Positions 38,977 through 51,448 of a stretch of DNA of 64,000 bases are shown here, piece by piece. The notes beneath the pieces were generated by a model, which saw only the letters and a program-made list of their open reading frames with translations, did no database searches and had not been told where the DNA came from. Position 1 is the first letter of the stretch; the number at the start of each line of letters is the position of its first letter. Source of the DNA: Tubulanus polymorphus (taxonomy: Eukaryota > Animalia > Nemertea). The position numbers and the translations under genes were made by a program. The DNA is taken from assembly GCF_964204645.1 (NCBI RefSeq), contig NC_134026.1:643950-707949 (forward strand). Direction: 5' to 3'.

Positions 38977-39388
38977 GCCATCGACTGATGTACGTCCATG
39001 GTTTGGCACACACTGAACATGCTCGCACAGGGTCTAAAGATGAATTCGTTGCCGAACAGAAATACTGAATTGCCGAGCCATACAAAATAGTGGAATTCTT
39101 TATCATAAATCATTTAATTGAATTCTTAACTGATTCCGAATAAAGTAAATTTGTTTAAACATGCATTCGATTATTATGACTGAAAGTCAATGCACAATTT
39201 CAAACTCTCGAACTGAAGCTTTTTTTATTATGTGAATATGCAACATTGGGCAGGAAATTATCGTTAAACGTTTTTTGTTTATCTTTATGGTAATTTTATC
39301 ATGCACTGGTTGTTAAAATTCCCAGCCACCCGTCTACAGTTCAAAACGTTTTGATACTACATCAAAATAATTCGGCATTTGTGGAACT

Positions 39389-40173
39389 ATGAAATTCCTC
39401 GTGATTTTGGCTTTATTTTTGGCTGTCGCCGTGGCCGAAGAAGATGCTGAACGGATGAAACGTTTTCTGTCTTCCAGGCAGTATGATCTCCCATCGGAAG
39501 TATTTCAATTAGCCAAAAGAAGCAGGTTCGTTAGAAATGTCAGCCAGAAAAAAATCAATTTCGTTAACAATTCGTGTCAGGCCTATACTCTTCATGGTCA
39601 ACGATCATTTCAGCAATGGCAATTTCTGTTGTAAAAATCTACCGGTCACCACGGTAACCAAAACACGTCTGGTTAAGAGGGAGAAAGTCGAGAAATCCGA
39701 ACACAAGATCGGCAAACAGGACTGCGGTTTGTGGGGATTGAAAGATTGTGATTTATATGACTTTAAGTACAGGTTCGTTGATATCAGATCAAATCGATTT
39801 TTGAAAATTCATTTATTGAAAGATGATAATTATGAAATGATGATTATAATTGTTTTGTATAGAATGTCGTATTTTTACGAAGTGGAGAATTTCATCACGA
39901 CAGTTGACGGAACCTGCGCTGAAGAGAACATAGTTTGCTGTAATCAGTACATATTTGTGAAACCTCTTACAAAATGTGTCCGTAAGTAAAACAACCGAAT
40001 AAATCTATTTCACAATTTTGCGGAAAATATATTCCTTTCATTATTGCGACGGTGCTTTCATTGAAATACCCAAATTCAATTATCGAATCTTCAGAAATAT
40101 TGATGCTTTGATTATGTTGTGTCTTTCAGTGATGTCAGATCTTGGAAGGATAATAGAAGAACTCGAAGGATAA
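39389..40173 (+). CDS. Cluster copy 13 (subfamily C)
   Basis: MKFLVILALFLAVAVA..DLPSEVFQLAKRSS|NGNFCCKNLP..QDCGLWGLKDCDLYDFKYR|MSYFY..GTCAEENIVCCNQYIFVKPLTKCV|LMSDLGRIIEELEG*. Confidence 0.85.
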
Positions 40174-40387
40174 ATTCTTGTAAAGAACACGTGCTTAATA
40201 AAAAGCTTCGTAAGGAATCATGTTGAAAGATTTTTCAATATATTTTTCTTTGTGATTTTTACTACACACTTTATGGATGTCGGTGTGCCAACTCGTAAAC
40301 CATACGTATTTCGAAAATATATTTTCAAGTAAAAAAATTGTTTATTGACGAATTTTATTAGTGAAAGATGTGATCACATAAAACTAA

Positions 40388-41355
40388 TCAGCCATTCAAT
40401 TTGTCTATGACGCTGTCGAGTTCATCAATAGCTGAAAGGAAATAATAGAAAACAACCTGAATAACGGAATAGACGAATAAGTACCGAGGGTCACACAATG
40501 CATGACCATTCACCAGCTAATACGACTCATGACCTCTGAATACAAGCAATAGATTCTTTAAAGTTTCAGTTTGTTTTGATACACACCGACACATTTGTTG
40601 AGAGCTTTTATGAACATGAAGCCTTCACAGCAAACTTTATCTTGTTCTGCACAACTTTGATCAGTTGGTGCCGCGTATTTCTCGATCGCGTAATACCAGA
40701 ACATTCTGAAACAGTTTTAATACAATCTAATTTCTGCTTTATTTATACTAATACGTCGGAACCACGTGAATTTCTATACCTGTATCTCATAGCATATTTC
40801 GAGCAGACTTCAGTAAAAAACAAGCCACATCTTTCATATCCGGAAATGTAATTCCATTTTTCTGCTCGTCCACGTTTTTCCATACGGGTTTTAATGATTG
40901 GCCTCTTCGGGGCATTCTTACAGCAGAAATTCTCAGAACTTCAATGAAATAAAGAATTAATATGTTGAGACCGGTGTCAACCCAAGAAATAGATTAGTAT
41001 ATATCTTTAAAGCGTTTGTTCCCCGGGGACCGTAACAACGTCTGGTATTCCTTCACCTGTCTGGTTGTCTCCACAGAGATCTCCGTCGCTCTACGATTCT
41101 GTGATAGATCAGATCAGACACTAAGGTTCTTGGCGAAGGTATTCCAGACTATTCGAAAAATGTTCTACTTGAGGATAAACAAGACTATGATGTCAATTTT
41201 TTGCTGTCAATAAAGCGGGGCTCGTTTTAACGAATGAAAATATTGTTCAAATATAGTCACCTTCGTTTTGAAATATTACTCGGTTTTGACGTTTCCCCGC
41301 CATGATCAAATGCTGCTGCTAAACTGAGCAGAACCAGTAGAGTAATACACCTCAT
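40388..41355 (-). CDS. Cluster copy 14 (subfamily C)
   Basis: MRCITLLVLLSLAAA..ISKRS|SENFCCKNAP..ERCGLFFTEVCSKYAMRYR|MFWYY..QSCAEQDKVCCEGFMFIKALNKCV|AIDELDSVIDKLNG*. Confidence 0.8.
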
Positions 41356-41685
41356 TTTACAGATGATTATCTCAGTCTAATGGTCAGATAGTCAATACAA
41401 ACGACTTCATCCGATAGGTGAAATAGCCATATGCGAACATCCGTTATACTGATAAACTGTACAGATTCACACAATGTTGTGAATGCGTCTTTCCCATGTA
41501 TAATTTATAGAATTAGATTAGACAAATTTCATCAATTTCTAAAACCTTCATCAATTTGATGTTCCAAAACCCCTTGTGTTTGTTTTCCGTTCCTTCCCGA
41601 GTTCTTGCCGAGAGGAGAAATAACGATAACGTAGATAATTTCGAGATTTAAAATGATTTTATTTTTTCGTAACTCGATTCTGTAT

Positions 41686-42482
41686 CTATTTGTTGATTTT
41701 GATGAGTCCGGCATCTAAAAGGTCCTTCATAGTGCCGACAAAATCTCCATTTCTCACATCTTCTTTAGCTGCGAATAGTACAAAATAGAACAATAACATT
41801 TCAGACACATCACGTAGAATAGATGAGGAGCTTCAGAAAGATGAAAATTTTCTTACAGATGCAATTCTTGGCGACTAAGATGAAACCGTCACAGCAGGTC
41901 AGTTTGCCTCCCTCGTCCGGACACTCAAACGTTTGTTCACCCTTTACCGTTTCCACGGAATATTTCGGCGCGGTGCTGATAAAATAATATGGAGAAATTT
42001 GGTATGACACATACGATATAGGATAAATATTAGACACATACATTCAATAAGTAACCTGTATTTCATTTCGTAAATCGAACAGCGCTCAAAGCCAAGGTCA
42101 CCACATGATGTGTAACCAGTCTTAACGAGTTGTGAAACTGGAACTATTTCTAGTTTAATTCTTGTCTTCTGAATGGCTTTCGCAGGAGTTCCATTTATAC
42201 AACACCAGTTACTGAAATAAACAGAATATAATTTCGTTTATCAAATGAAACGTGAATTATTCTTACCATTCGAATCAATAGCGAGAGTATTCGAAGATTG
42301 TTTCTGAATACAAACCTGTTGTCTTTTTCCGATCGGCGTTTGCGACTGAAATACTGTCTCGTCGATCTCGGCAAATTAGCCGGATCAAGATTTGCTAATT
42401 GGTCAAGAATATCATCGGTCAGTTCAATCGCCTGAGAAGCGACAATCCCGAAAAATAAAACAAATATTGTCAACTGATTCAT
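41686..42482 (-). CDS. Cluster copy 15 (subfamily D)
   Basis: MNQLTIFVLFFGIVASQA..NLPRSTRQYFSRKRRSEKDNS|NWCCINGT..TSCGDLGFERCSIYEMKYS|TAPKY..FECPDEGGKLTCCDGFILVAKNCI|SKEDV..MKDLLDAGLIKINK*. Confidence 0.85.
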
Positions 42483-42751
42483 CGTCAATATTTCAGTCGG
42501 TAGAACGAAGAATGTTTTTTGGAGTCAGTTGTGCAAAATTGTTATCAGAATTTTAAAATCAGATAAAATTGTGATATGACAGTTCACAGGGTGGCCAGAC
42601 GGAAACCGATCTAAAAACCAAACAATATGATTGATTACATTCTATTCTATCTATAGATGAAAAAATCTTGATATTTGATTTGCAATTATACATACATTAC
42701 GCGAGTATATTCAACATGGAATAAAAAATAGAAAGAATGAATGGTAAGGAA

Positions 42752-42830
42752 TTTCCTAATCAATCATTCCTAATCAACCATTCCTAATCAACCATTCCTA
42801 ATCATCAATTCCTAATTATCTATTCGTAAT
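42752..42830. repeat. Short 14-bp tandem repeat
   Basis: About 5 units of TTCCTAATCAA(C/T)CA. Confidence 0.7.
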
Positions 42831-43215
42831 TCGGATGCGAGCTGGTTTAAGCTGATACGATGTATTCAAGGTCGTTTTGCAGGGAAGTTCAAATCTTGCA
42901 GGAAAATCCTCGCCTCGCCTTTTTCCCCGTTCGATTTTTGACAGGATTCAACCACCAACCAGACCAGTTGGCCTAAACCATGGTCTGTCTGCCAGGACAG
43001 TCAGTAGTAGACAGGAGTTCCTCAGTTTCTATTCAATCAAAGAAAAGCATCGCCATTTGAAAGTATTCAGGAGATTTGTTTATTCGCCGATATTTTTCAC
43101 AAATTTACAGTTTTATATGAGTCAAATCGATGAAATTTTTCTTTTATTTCGATTTTCATCCTTTTCTTAAATGGAAATTCAGAATTTAGTCTACAGCTGC
43201 TTTAGTGTAATGAGT

Positions 43216-44848
43216 TTAGCGGTTTAAAATTCCGAGATCATTCAACTCATTCAACGCGTCAACAAAGTCATCATCTTTCACTGAACTCTTATCTACAATC
43301 GAAACAAAAATATCAATGAAATCAAATGAAAAAAAAAATAACGCTGGTTTCATACGGAAGCCTGATTAGGACAATAATTGGTTTCTATCCGATATCTCAA
43401 ATCACAGAATAGTTTGCGTACATTATCTACGTGTGTCGTTGTAAATATCGTAAGATACAAACATTTATAATCGTGGTCGATCGTGTATTTCAGGTGCAGA
43501 TATTGATATCATTTTTAGGTAACCGCAGCCACTCGTAAATTATGCTTAAGACGACTACAAATAATTCTTACAGGGATCGTTTATGCGCAATCTCTAGATT
43601 GACCATATATAGGTTATCTAATCGGAACATTCTTGAGAAAACCAGTTCTGGCATCAACGACAAAAAGTCACGTTTTTGTTACGTGACGAAGGTATAGTGG
43701 CTTCTTGTACACAAGAACTTCGTGATGAAAAAAGCTATTCTATTTCCTTTTTCCTAGGATATTTCACACCGTTTTAATACTTTTCTGTGAGTTCTCACAG
43801 AAGAAACAAAATATGAAATTTCTGATGAAAATTCATGACTAGAGATATATAAAATTTGAATTTTTGACGGTTGATTAACGATTTTCGTTCTGGCGGATTA
43901 ACGGTCTGGTACATATATTAATTCTGATCTCACCGAGACAGTTGCCCCCGATATTCAGATAACCTTTGCAACATTTGACTTGATTTTCGGGGCACGAGTT
44001 CCTCTGCGGTACATCGACAAACTCAAGCATATATTCAGGTTCCATTCTGAAATTATTCATTATCATATACAAGCGCAATGAAAATATTGGGGTGATCCGA
44101 TAAAAGCTACGTATGGACTGGTCATTTGTTAAATTGTATTCAAGAGAATTACTGAACCATCATCAAAATGGCTGAACCTGAGTCTAAATACCTACCGATA
44201 CTTTATGTCATATACTGAACATCGTTTGTTGCCGATCGCTCCACATTTTCTGTAACCAACTTTTTGAACATCGCCTTTTTGGACTTGATTTACTTTGACT
44301 CTCGTTATTCGCACGATCGTTGCCGGTATTTCATTTATGCAACACCAATGACTGACAATGTATAAAAACCACAACAATAAAGTCATTTTTTCAAAGATTT
44401 CTCAATATTTTCCAATTTCTAAGTGATTAAAACCAGACAGCGATGAATTTTTGGATCACTTTTTGCACAAATTTTTCAAACTTTCCAGACTTATGGATTC
44501 CCATTGATGAAAATCTGTCCGTGTCGTTAAACAATTCAGAGACAATCCGGTAGTCGCAGTCACAGAGAGAAAAACCACTCCAAAAACTGCTTATATAAGA
44601 TGACTTTAAGGATATAGTCGAGACGTCGAAAGAAAACCTTTTCAGACTTGTTTCTCATGCGGGGTGTTTCCTTTTCTTTGTTATAGATTCCGCTGCCTGT
44701 AGATCAATGATTTCATGAGATATCAAAAAAGCGAAATGAAGCAATCGGCGTACTTATCACTTGGGTCGTCATTTTGTCTCTTCGATCTCTTGGCTCCGAT
44801 AGACACAACAAACAACGCGAGGAATACTACCAATACGCGAACATACAT
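43216..44848 (-). CDS. Cluster copy 16 (subfamily D)
   Basis: MYVRVLVVFLALFVVSIGAKRSKRQNDDPSDN|HWCCINEI..RKCGAIGNKRCSVYDIKYR|MEPEY..NSCPENQVKCCKGYLNIGGNCL|DKSSV..ALNELNDLGILNR*. Confidence 0.83.
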
Positions 44849-45236
44849 TTTCAGTATTTGGTAGTTATTCTACAACAAGCTGAATCTCTACTAGTAGCTA
44901 GTTCTCTTTTTTGTCGGAATAAAATACGATTTGTTTTATGTTTTAACAATTCGAACAATGATCGGAGGTTGATAAGTATATTGATGTAAAAATGCGCATA
45001 TGTCGATATGAAAGCGTGAGATATTTCACATTTTTAACACAACGCGAAATTCACTGTTTTTCTAATGATAGATTCAGGTTCACCGGATATTGAAATAAAC
45101 ATCAAACGCTGTCATTGAACTCGTGGACCAATAAAACACACAATTTCATAAAGAAAGAAATTTTCATTTTTTTTTTTCAATTTTATTTCTGCATGTACAA
45201 ACTGAAACGAATCGACTGATTATAGTGTAACACACT

Positions 45237-45767
45237 TTATCCTTTAAATGCATTGATGTTGGACACCAATTTTGAAAGTTCTCGAAAATCTAGAAAATAA
45301 TAAAAGGACATTTAGAACTGATGTTTTTGACCAAGTTCCACGGTTATGAGCTAACATTTCAATAATTGAAAATAAACTAATTTCATCTCACAGTCAAATC
45401 AAAACCCACAACTAAGGAACTGGATGCTTGAATGAAGAACGTCATAACTAAAAACCCTCGTCACATATTTTCACTTACCAACACATTTGTTAATAGATTT
45501 GATAAATAAGTATCCCGTACAACAACTGCGATCTTTTTGTGGACATCCTCTCAAACTAGCTCCATTCCGACAACAATATCTATTATCAGAGCTAAAAATA
45601 GAACAAATTTTATCGTTTAGCAGAAAAAAAAACGTATTAGAAAAATTATACAAGTTCAAGTGAAAATCATGAATCAATCACCTCCGTCTCCTGTTTGTTC
45701 TGTCCTGGCAATCTGCCATCGTGATTAACATAATCGCTATTAAAACCAGAATACCGACGGTTTTCAT
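45237..45767 (-). CDS. Cluster copy 17: stalk-less 6-Cys miniprotein (subfamily C-like)
   Basis: 3 exons: MKTVGILVLIAIMLITMADCQDRTNRRRS|SDNRYCCRNGASLRGCPQKDRSCCTGYLFIKSINKCV|DFRELSKLVSNINAFKG*. Confidence 0.82.
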
Positions 45768-46342
45768 GATTCCAATATTTCAAAAATACCAAAAGAAAGA
45801 GAGCCTCTAACTAATAGCGAGCGGTATTTATGATTGGATTTCATTGTCCAGATGAGAGAGACATGGACAGATATCTGTATGCACATCCGCTATTATCAAA
45901 CAAGCTTCAGTTCATACGTGTTCAACGGTCAAATTCTCATGTAAAATCACACAGAATCGTTGTTTCTGTCAGAATGGACTGATGTTCACATTTCAGCGTA
46001 AGTGGGCGATTTGTTTGTTTGGTTGTATATATCATCTCTTTGCATCCTAAATTTGTCGGTCGGTTGCGTTTCGATGGCATTATAACAATTACTGATTGTG
46101 AAATGTTGAGTATGTGGAATTTTGGAAAACGCTCACCAGAAACTACGGATATTTCATTTACAATTGATTTTATTTGTTGGGTATAAACAATATAAAAATA
46201 TCCATAATACGATTTCAACAACAAAAAATACATATTCTATTTAAGGACGTGAATTTTTTTTGTGATTAATTATATAAAACCCGTTTATAAAAATGTATTA
46301 CACGATTGCGTGTTAGGTATATGTATAATTCATAGCAAATTT

Positions 46343-48415
46343 TCACTGCGCATCATCAGCGCGCACCGGGCTTATTGTTCTATTCGGGAATGTATTCTCT
46401 TTTCTAGGTGTTCCGCAACACGAATCGTCGGAAGTTTCCTCCAGTGTCTCGAGATGTCGCGAGGGTCGCGTCTCGAACTGACACGACTTTGAAAATCGTC
46501 TCAAATCCGAAGTTAGATCTTTGATTATTTCCTCGTAAATATCGCATCCGACTGAAATAGGTCTACGTGACCTGGGCACCGTGTTCAGATCAGTCAGCGA
46601 TCTGGAACGTTTCGAATCTTTGACCGCGGTCCGCTCGTTGCGACACTCGCTTCGCGTATCTAAACCTACTTTACTATAAAAGCACTCGATCGACCGCGAG
46701 ATATCTCGAGATATTTCCGACAATTTTCTATTCATATCTCGAGACGCTAAAGATACATCGAGATAGCTACTATCCTCTCGATCGCTAGAACTAACCGAGT
46801 ATCGTTCGAACTTTCTCGAACCACCGCCGCCATCCGAGTCGTGATAATTCTTGCGAAGTATCGTGCTGCCCATTTTAGGATATCGGGGATAAGAACTGAC
46901 GCTGCGTCTGGAATCTTGTGAAGAATGGCTCAACGTACTGAGATTACTGTTCGAATAACCGTGTTTCATCACGTGCTCGTTATTTAACATCTGTCCACGT
47001 AAAATAGAGGGAATCATACTGACTTTGATATAGTTATCTGAAGCTAGTAAGCGTTCCGGGCTGAGTGGGGGTAACGGTAGGGTATCACGGGTATCACGGG
47101 TATCACGGGTATCACGGGTTTTTCGCTCGGTCTGAACGCGAGAATATGTATTAGATGAAGAATAGCCATCACTAGTGCTCATGGTCGGGACGGAAGTTTT
47201 AGTTAAATAAGAAACTGAAGTGTCGTGACTGGCGAATGAACTGGTCGATGCAGATTTTGAAATCCGTTTATCGTCAATATGGAAATAGTTAGAGTTTGAA
47301 GTCGGTTGGGTGTTCTCGGTTGGAACTCGCGCATCTGACGATTTTGCGCGTAGTTGATCGAAATGAAGCCGCGTTTCATTCTGTTTACTCGAATTGATAG
47401 ATGTATTCGACATCGTCGAGACGGGAACGGTTTGGTGACAAAAACACTTGTAATAAATAAGTTGCGACGCCATAGCAACTATCAGACCTCCGACAACGAT
47501 AGCACCGTATATGAAAAAATTACGAGTAAATGGCGAATTACGTTGATCGAAAATCGTCCATGTCACGAATAAAGTCACGTTTTCTAAAGCCATTATCACA
47601 TAAAAAGACACGAGTCTGTATTTAGAATATTCGCCTATGTCTACGTAAGCGAATATGTACGTATAACCGGCCACTAAATGGACGAGGAAATTGTGATATT
47701 GCGCGGCGTTCTTTTTGGAATAAACTCCCAGAATTTGTAACCAAACGAACATGATGAACCAATGAAGAACGGTAGCCAGAAATATCCAATAACGATAGGC
47801 GATCGCAAATAAACCCAGTACACAAACTCTCGACGATATCTCTCCTAATCTCCAAAATAATTTTAGGATTATCCGAGCGAAAATGTTCATATTGCCGACA
47901 AGACGGGATTCGTGATTTCTGCAATGCGTGGCCAGGCACCAGACTAACGAGACGCAGTCCACGACAAGAGCTGCCAGAATTCTCCAATCGAATACAGCGT
48001 TGAATTGTAATATCAGAAAACAACACGCTATGATCCTCGGAAAACTTCCAGCAAATGCATTTATCAATTGAAGGAAAGATATTTTTTTCATTTTGTCTTT
48101 GGTTTTAGTTTCGTCCGTAGAAACAGTCACGCATCTATAAATAATTCCTAATTGTAACAAATGTGACGTCACTTCAACGACTCGTTGTAAAACGACAGCC
48201 CGTTTCCGGCGCCAATTTCTTCCATCGGCGTAAAACCAATGTAGCGACAGACACTGCATCATGAGTAGGGGTAGAACGGCCAAACCGAGAAATACCCCGA
48301 ACCATACCGTCTGATAGCGAGTGTAGAAAAAATGGCACAGAATCGCGTTCACCGCTAACTGTATAACATGCGTTAAACCAGTGAATGTAGAGAAGCATAT
48401 CGCGTACACAAACAT
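46343..48415 (-). CDS. XK-related protein (XKR/CED-8 lipid scramblase family) with long low-complexity C-terminal tail
   Basis: Multi-TM domain with WFG..LPLLMMQCLSLHWF, HLLQLGIIYR, AFAGSFPR, WRLGEISSRVCVLGLF, HWFIM, FYVIMALEN, YYKCFCH. Start placed at MFVYAIC, just after the acceptor at ~48430; the true N-terminus is uncertain. Confidence 0.85.
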   Translation of the reverse strand: MFVYAICFSTFTGLTHVIQLAVNAILCHFFYTRYQTVWFGVFLGLAVLPLLMMQCLSLHWFYADGRNWRRKRAVVLQRVVEVTSHLLQLGIIYRCVTVSTDETKTKDKMKKISFLQLINAFAGSFPRIIACCFLILQFNAVFDWRILAALVVDCVSLVWCLATHCRNHESRLVGNMNIFARIILKLFWRLGEISSRVCVLGLFAIAYRYWIFLATVLHWFIMFVWLQILGVYSKKNAAQYHNFLVHLVAGYTYIFAYVDIGEYSKYRLVSFYVIMALENVTLFVTWTIFDQRNSPFTRNFFIYGAIVVGGLIVAMASQLIYYKCFCHQTVPVSTMSNTSINSSKQNETRLHFDQLRAKSSDARVPTENTQPTSNSNYFHIDDKRISKSASTSSFASHDTSVSYLTKTSVPTMSTSDGYSSSNTYSRVQTERKTRDTRDTRDTRDTLPLPPLSPERLLASDNYIKVSMIPSILRGQMLNNEHVMKHGYSNSNLSTLSHSSQDSRRSVSSYPRYPKMGSTILRKNYHDSDGGGGSRKFERYSVSSSDREDSSYLDVSLASRDMNRKLSEISRDISRSIECFYSKVGLDTRSECRNERTAVKDSKRSRSLTDLNTVPRSRRPISVGCDIYEEIIKDLTSDLRRFSKSCQFETRPSRHLETLEETSDDSCCGTPRKENTFPNRTISPVRADDAQ

Positions 48416-51400
48416 CGTGAATTTAAATCTGAAAAAAAAAACAAATTCTATTAGAAGAACATTCACTGTAGTATATATCCGTGTTAAACTCAGATTTAAA
48501 AATGACAAATCGCTAGGAAAGAAATGAGTCATGTGAATTTGAATATCCAAGAAACTGGATTTCAAATGCATTTTTAGTGGTGAATTGCAAAAACACAATG
48601 CTTTTTACCTTTCAATTACAGCTTTTGTAACAAACTAAACTAGATTTACGATATTCGGGTATATATTACACGCGGTTCTTTGCTAGTTACTAAAAACACA
48701 CATAACAGGGTTATATTTGAATTAGGTGGCAATATTTGACAAATGTAAACCATTCTCTTTGCCGCGAGCAAAATTGGTTGGAACCTGAAACCAGCTAATG
48801 GAACAAAACAAGAATAGGTTCAATATTTACTCACGGTTTCGTGTGAGCGAAATACTTATAGAATGTGCTATAAAAGTTTAGAAGATTGACTTTATTTGAC
48901 ATATTTCCGCATTTGAGAAATATGTAATTCATATAATTCGTCGTATACATGTACTCAATAAGTGTAAGAATAATGCATAAAAAGTAGTCAAATTTGAACA
49001 GATGTGAGCTAGTTAACATCCAAAAAGGAGACAATAATTTGATTGAAATAAAACTACGAATCTATATTCTAGATTGGCCGTAACAATCAGGCTGAGAATA
49101 TGCAGAAAACAGACAAGAAATATTACCTTCAGCGATAAGATTCCTGTTCATGTTATCGTGGACCTTGATGAGTCCACATTTTCTGAAGTTGATCACTCGA
49201 AGAAACCCAGCTTGGTTTAGGCGACGTCTGGTCCCGTGTTAACGTGGGAACCTCTTTTAGATCATGCTGGTTAACGGTCACGTCTGAATACGAAATCCAC
49301 GGATAAATGTGCATTTGATAATAAACGTAGTTGATATGCAAACAATAGGTATTTAACACCTCAATTTGGAGAATTATCGACGAATGAAAACGTAATAAAC
49401 ATAAGTGCAAAACGATTCTAAGAAAATATCGCTAACGATTCATTTTCCAGGTCGCAGTGGGAAACTTCACGGTCCGTTATGACGTAGAAATAGCTGAATA
49501 GGGAAGAAATTCGCTAATCTTTTTTCTGATGAATGCATTTAGAGGACAATTAAAACTCGATCATGAAACCGGATTTGCCATTTTACACCGAAGATTTCAA
49601 TTCAGAAAAAGTCTTCAGAAAAATATGATCGCATTTCAACACATGCTCCAATCAGAGATTGTATTCATTCATGATTAAGACTTAACTTCATTTGGTTTGA
49701 AACGAAGATTATCTGATAATTCGCCTCATTAGTTATCAACAATATCAATTCCTCTCGTCTGACAAAACAACAAAAATAATCTGTCGTGAATAAAAATGAT
49801 AAGATCTTAAATTGCTTTTTCTGTTTATTGGGTCAACCCGAACCAAACTAATCCCTGTAGAATGTTTGAAAACCGTTTATTCTATCGCATTTTCCTACCT
49901 GGTTATACCGAATAATATCATATTCCACTCCACCACGAGCGCTTTCCGTATTAACTTATATTCGTCGAACTGTCCACGTCAAATAATCCATAATCAATTT
50001 GGTTATTGTGAGATGAATTAATAAATCATAATTTCGTGCCAGTGTCAATAGATAATTACCGCTATTAGGCTAACAGCGGCGGGTACTTGGCACTGAAAGT
50101 AAAACTACAGGACTGTCACGCAAGGATTTCAGTATAACAAGCACTGGCACCGCGTGAAAGAAGAAATTATTTGGAATATAATTGGAACAGTTTATCAGCG
50201 ACAATAGTTCGTTAAAACTGTGAAAAATTTTCTCATGCTGTCGTTCGAATATTTTGACACGCATGCGTGCGAAATACTATTCAGAAAAAGACCAATCAGT
50301 TTGTTATTTATTCAAGACACGATTTCCTCAGACGGTTCTCAGATTTGGGAAAAAAATAGCCGTATCCGTCGTGGTATACTCGTCTTTTTAGACCTTGACC
50401 TGTGCAAGCGATAAACATCAGAATCCTCTTACAGTTCGCTTGATTGTGGGTTTATTCTTCGGTCAGTCGGTTTGAGAAAATCCAACAAAACTAGAGGACT
50501 TAAATTTAACAACTAAACATTTATTTCAAAGCGATTTCAGAGCTTTCATCGAACGTACATTCATTTAGACAAATATTACATTTATCAACATTAATACACT
50601 TATAATCTGAGGGACAAGAAAGAAACTTCACATTTTACCAGTCGGCCAAATCTCTTCCTATATCAGGTACAGTTAGTACCTGTTATACGGTATTTTCTGC
50701 AACTTGCAGCTACCATTCCACCCAGGCTTGTATTCTGTTTAAAGCAATATCAGCTGATCTAAAGTAAATGCATTGCCATGCTTCTGAATTTTTCAAAAAT
50801 GAACTACAATAATCTTTTATGGCAAACCTATCCATATATAGTGATAACTGATGTATGTTAGAATTGTCATGTTTCTCAGGTTCTTCTAAATCTCTGATAT
50901 CACCGGAGGGTAAACTATCTACTCGGGGGACACTGTCCGATGTAATCTCCTATCTCTATAGCTATCATCTCATTTTATTCAGTTTATACAACATCTAGAT
51001 CTATTATGTAGATACTAATAGCACATTCATATAGTACAATATTAACAATTTTGCTTTAATACTTAATAACCATCGTTTTATTTTATTTTACCTCTTTATG
51101 AAATACCAATAGAGGTAGGGGTGAGGGGTAACCCATTCCTGAATTACATCATGTTTTATAAAATATCACAATAGACCGAAAGCCACAAGTAGAAACTACA
51201 TTCATTATCCATTGATAAGTCGTTATTTTGCGCAAAATAAAAACATTTTAAAATATTAGTCTTTAGCAAAACATGCAGTTTAAAAAGAGGAACAAGAAAC
51301 CACACTCAATAAATTCTTGATTTGAGAATATTATATCAATGAGTCTAAAAATTTAAGCAGGGCTTGGTCATTCGCTGGTAAAACTCGCGATGTAAGCTCC

Positions 51401-51448
51401 AGGAGAAAGCGACCAGACCGTGGCAAGTGAGAATGGAAGCAGGTACTA

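Noticed and set aside
49127-49285. Upstream coding exon of XKR
   Set aside because: Splice sites are plausible, but the frame needed to join the main exon has a stop just before the donor; at most a 5' UTR exon.
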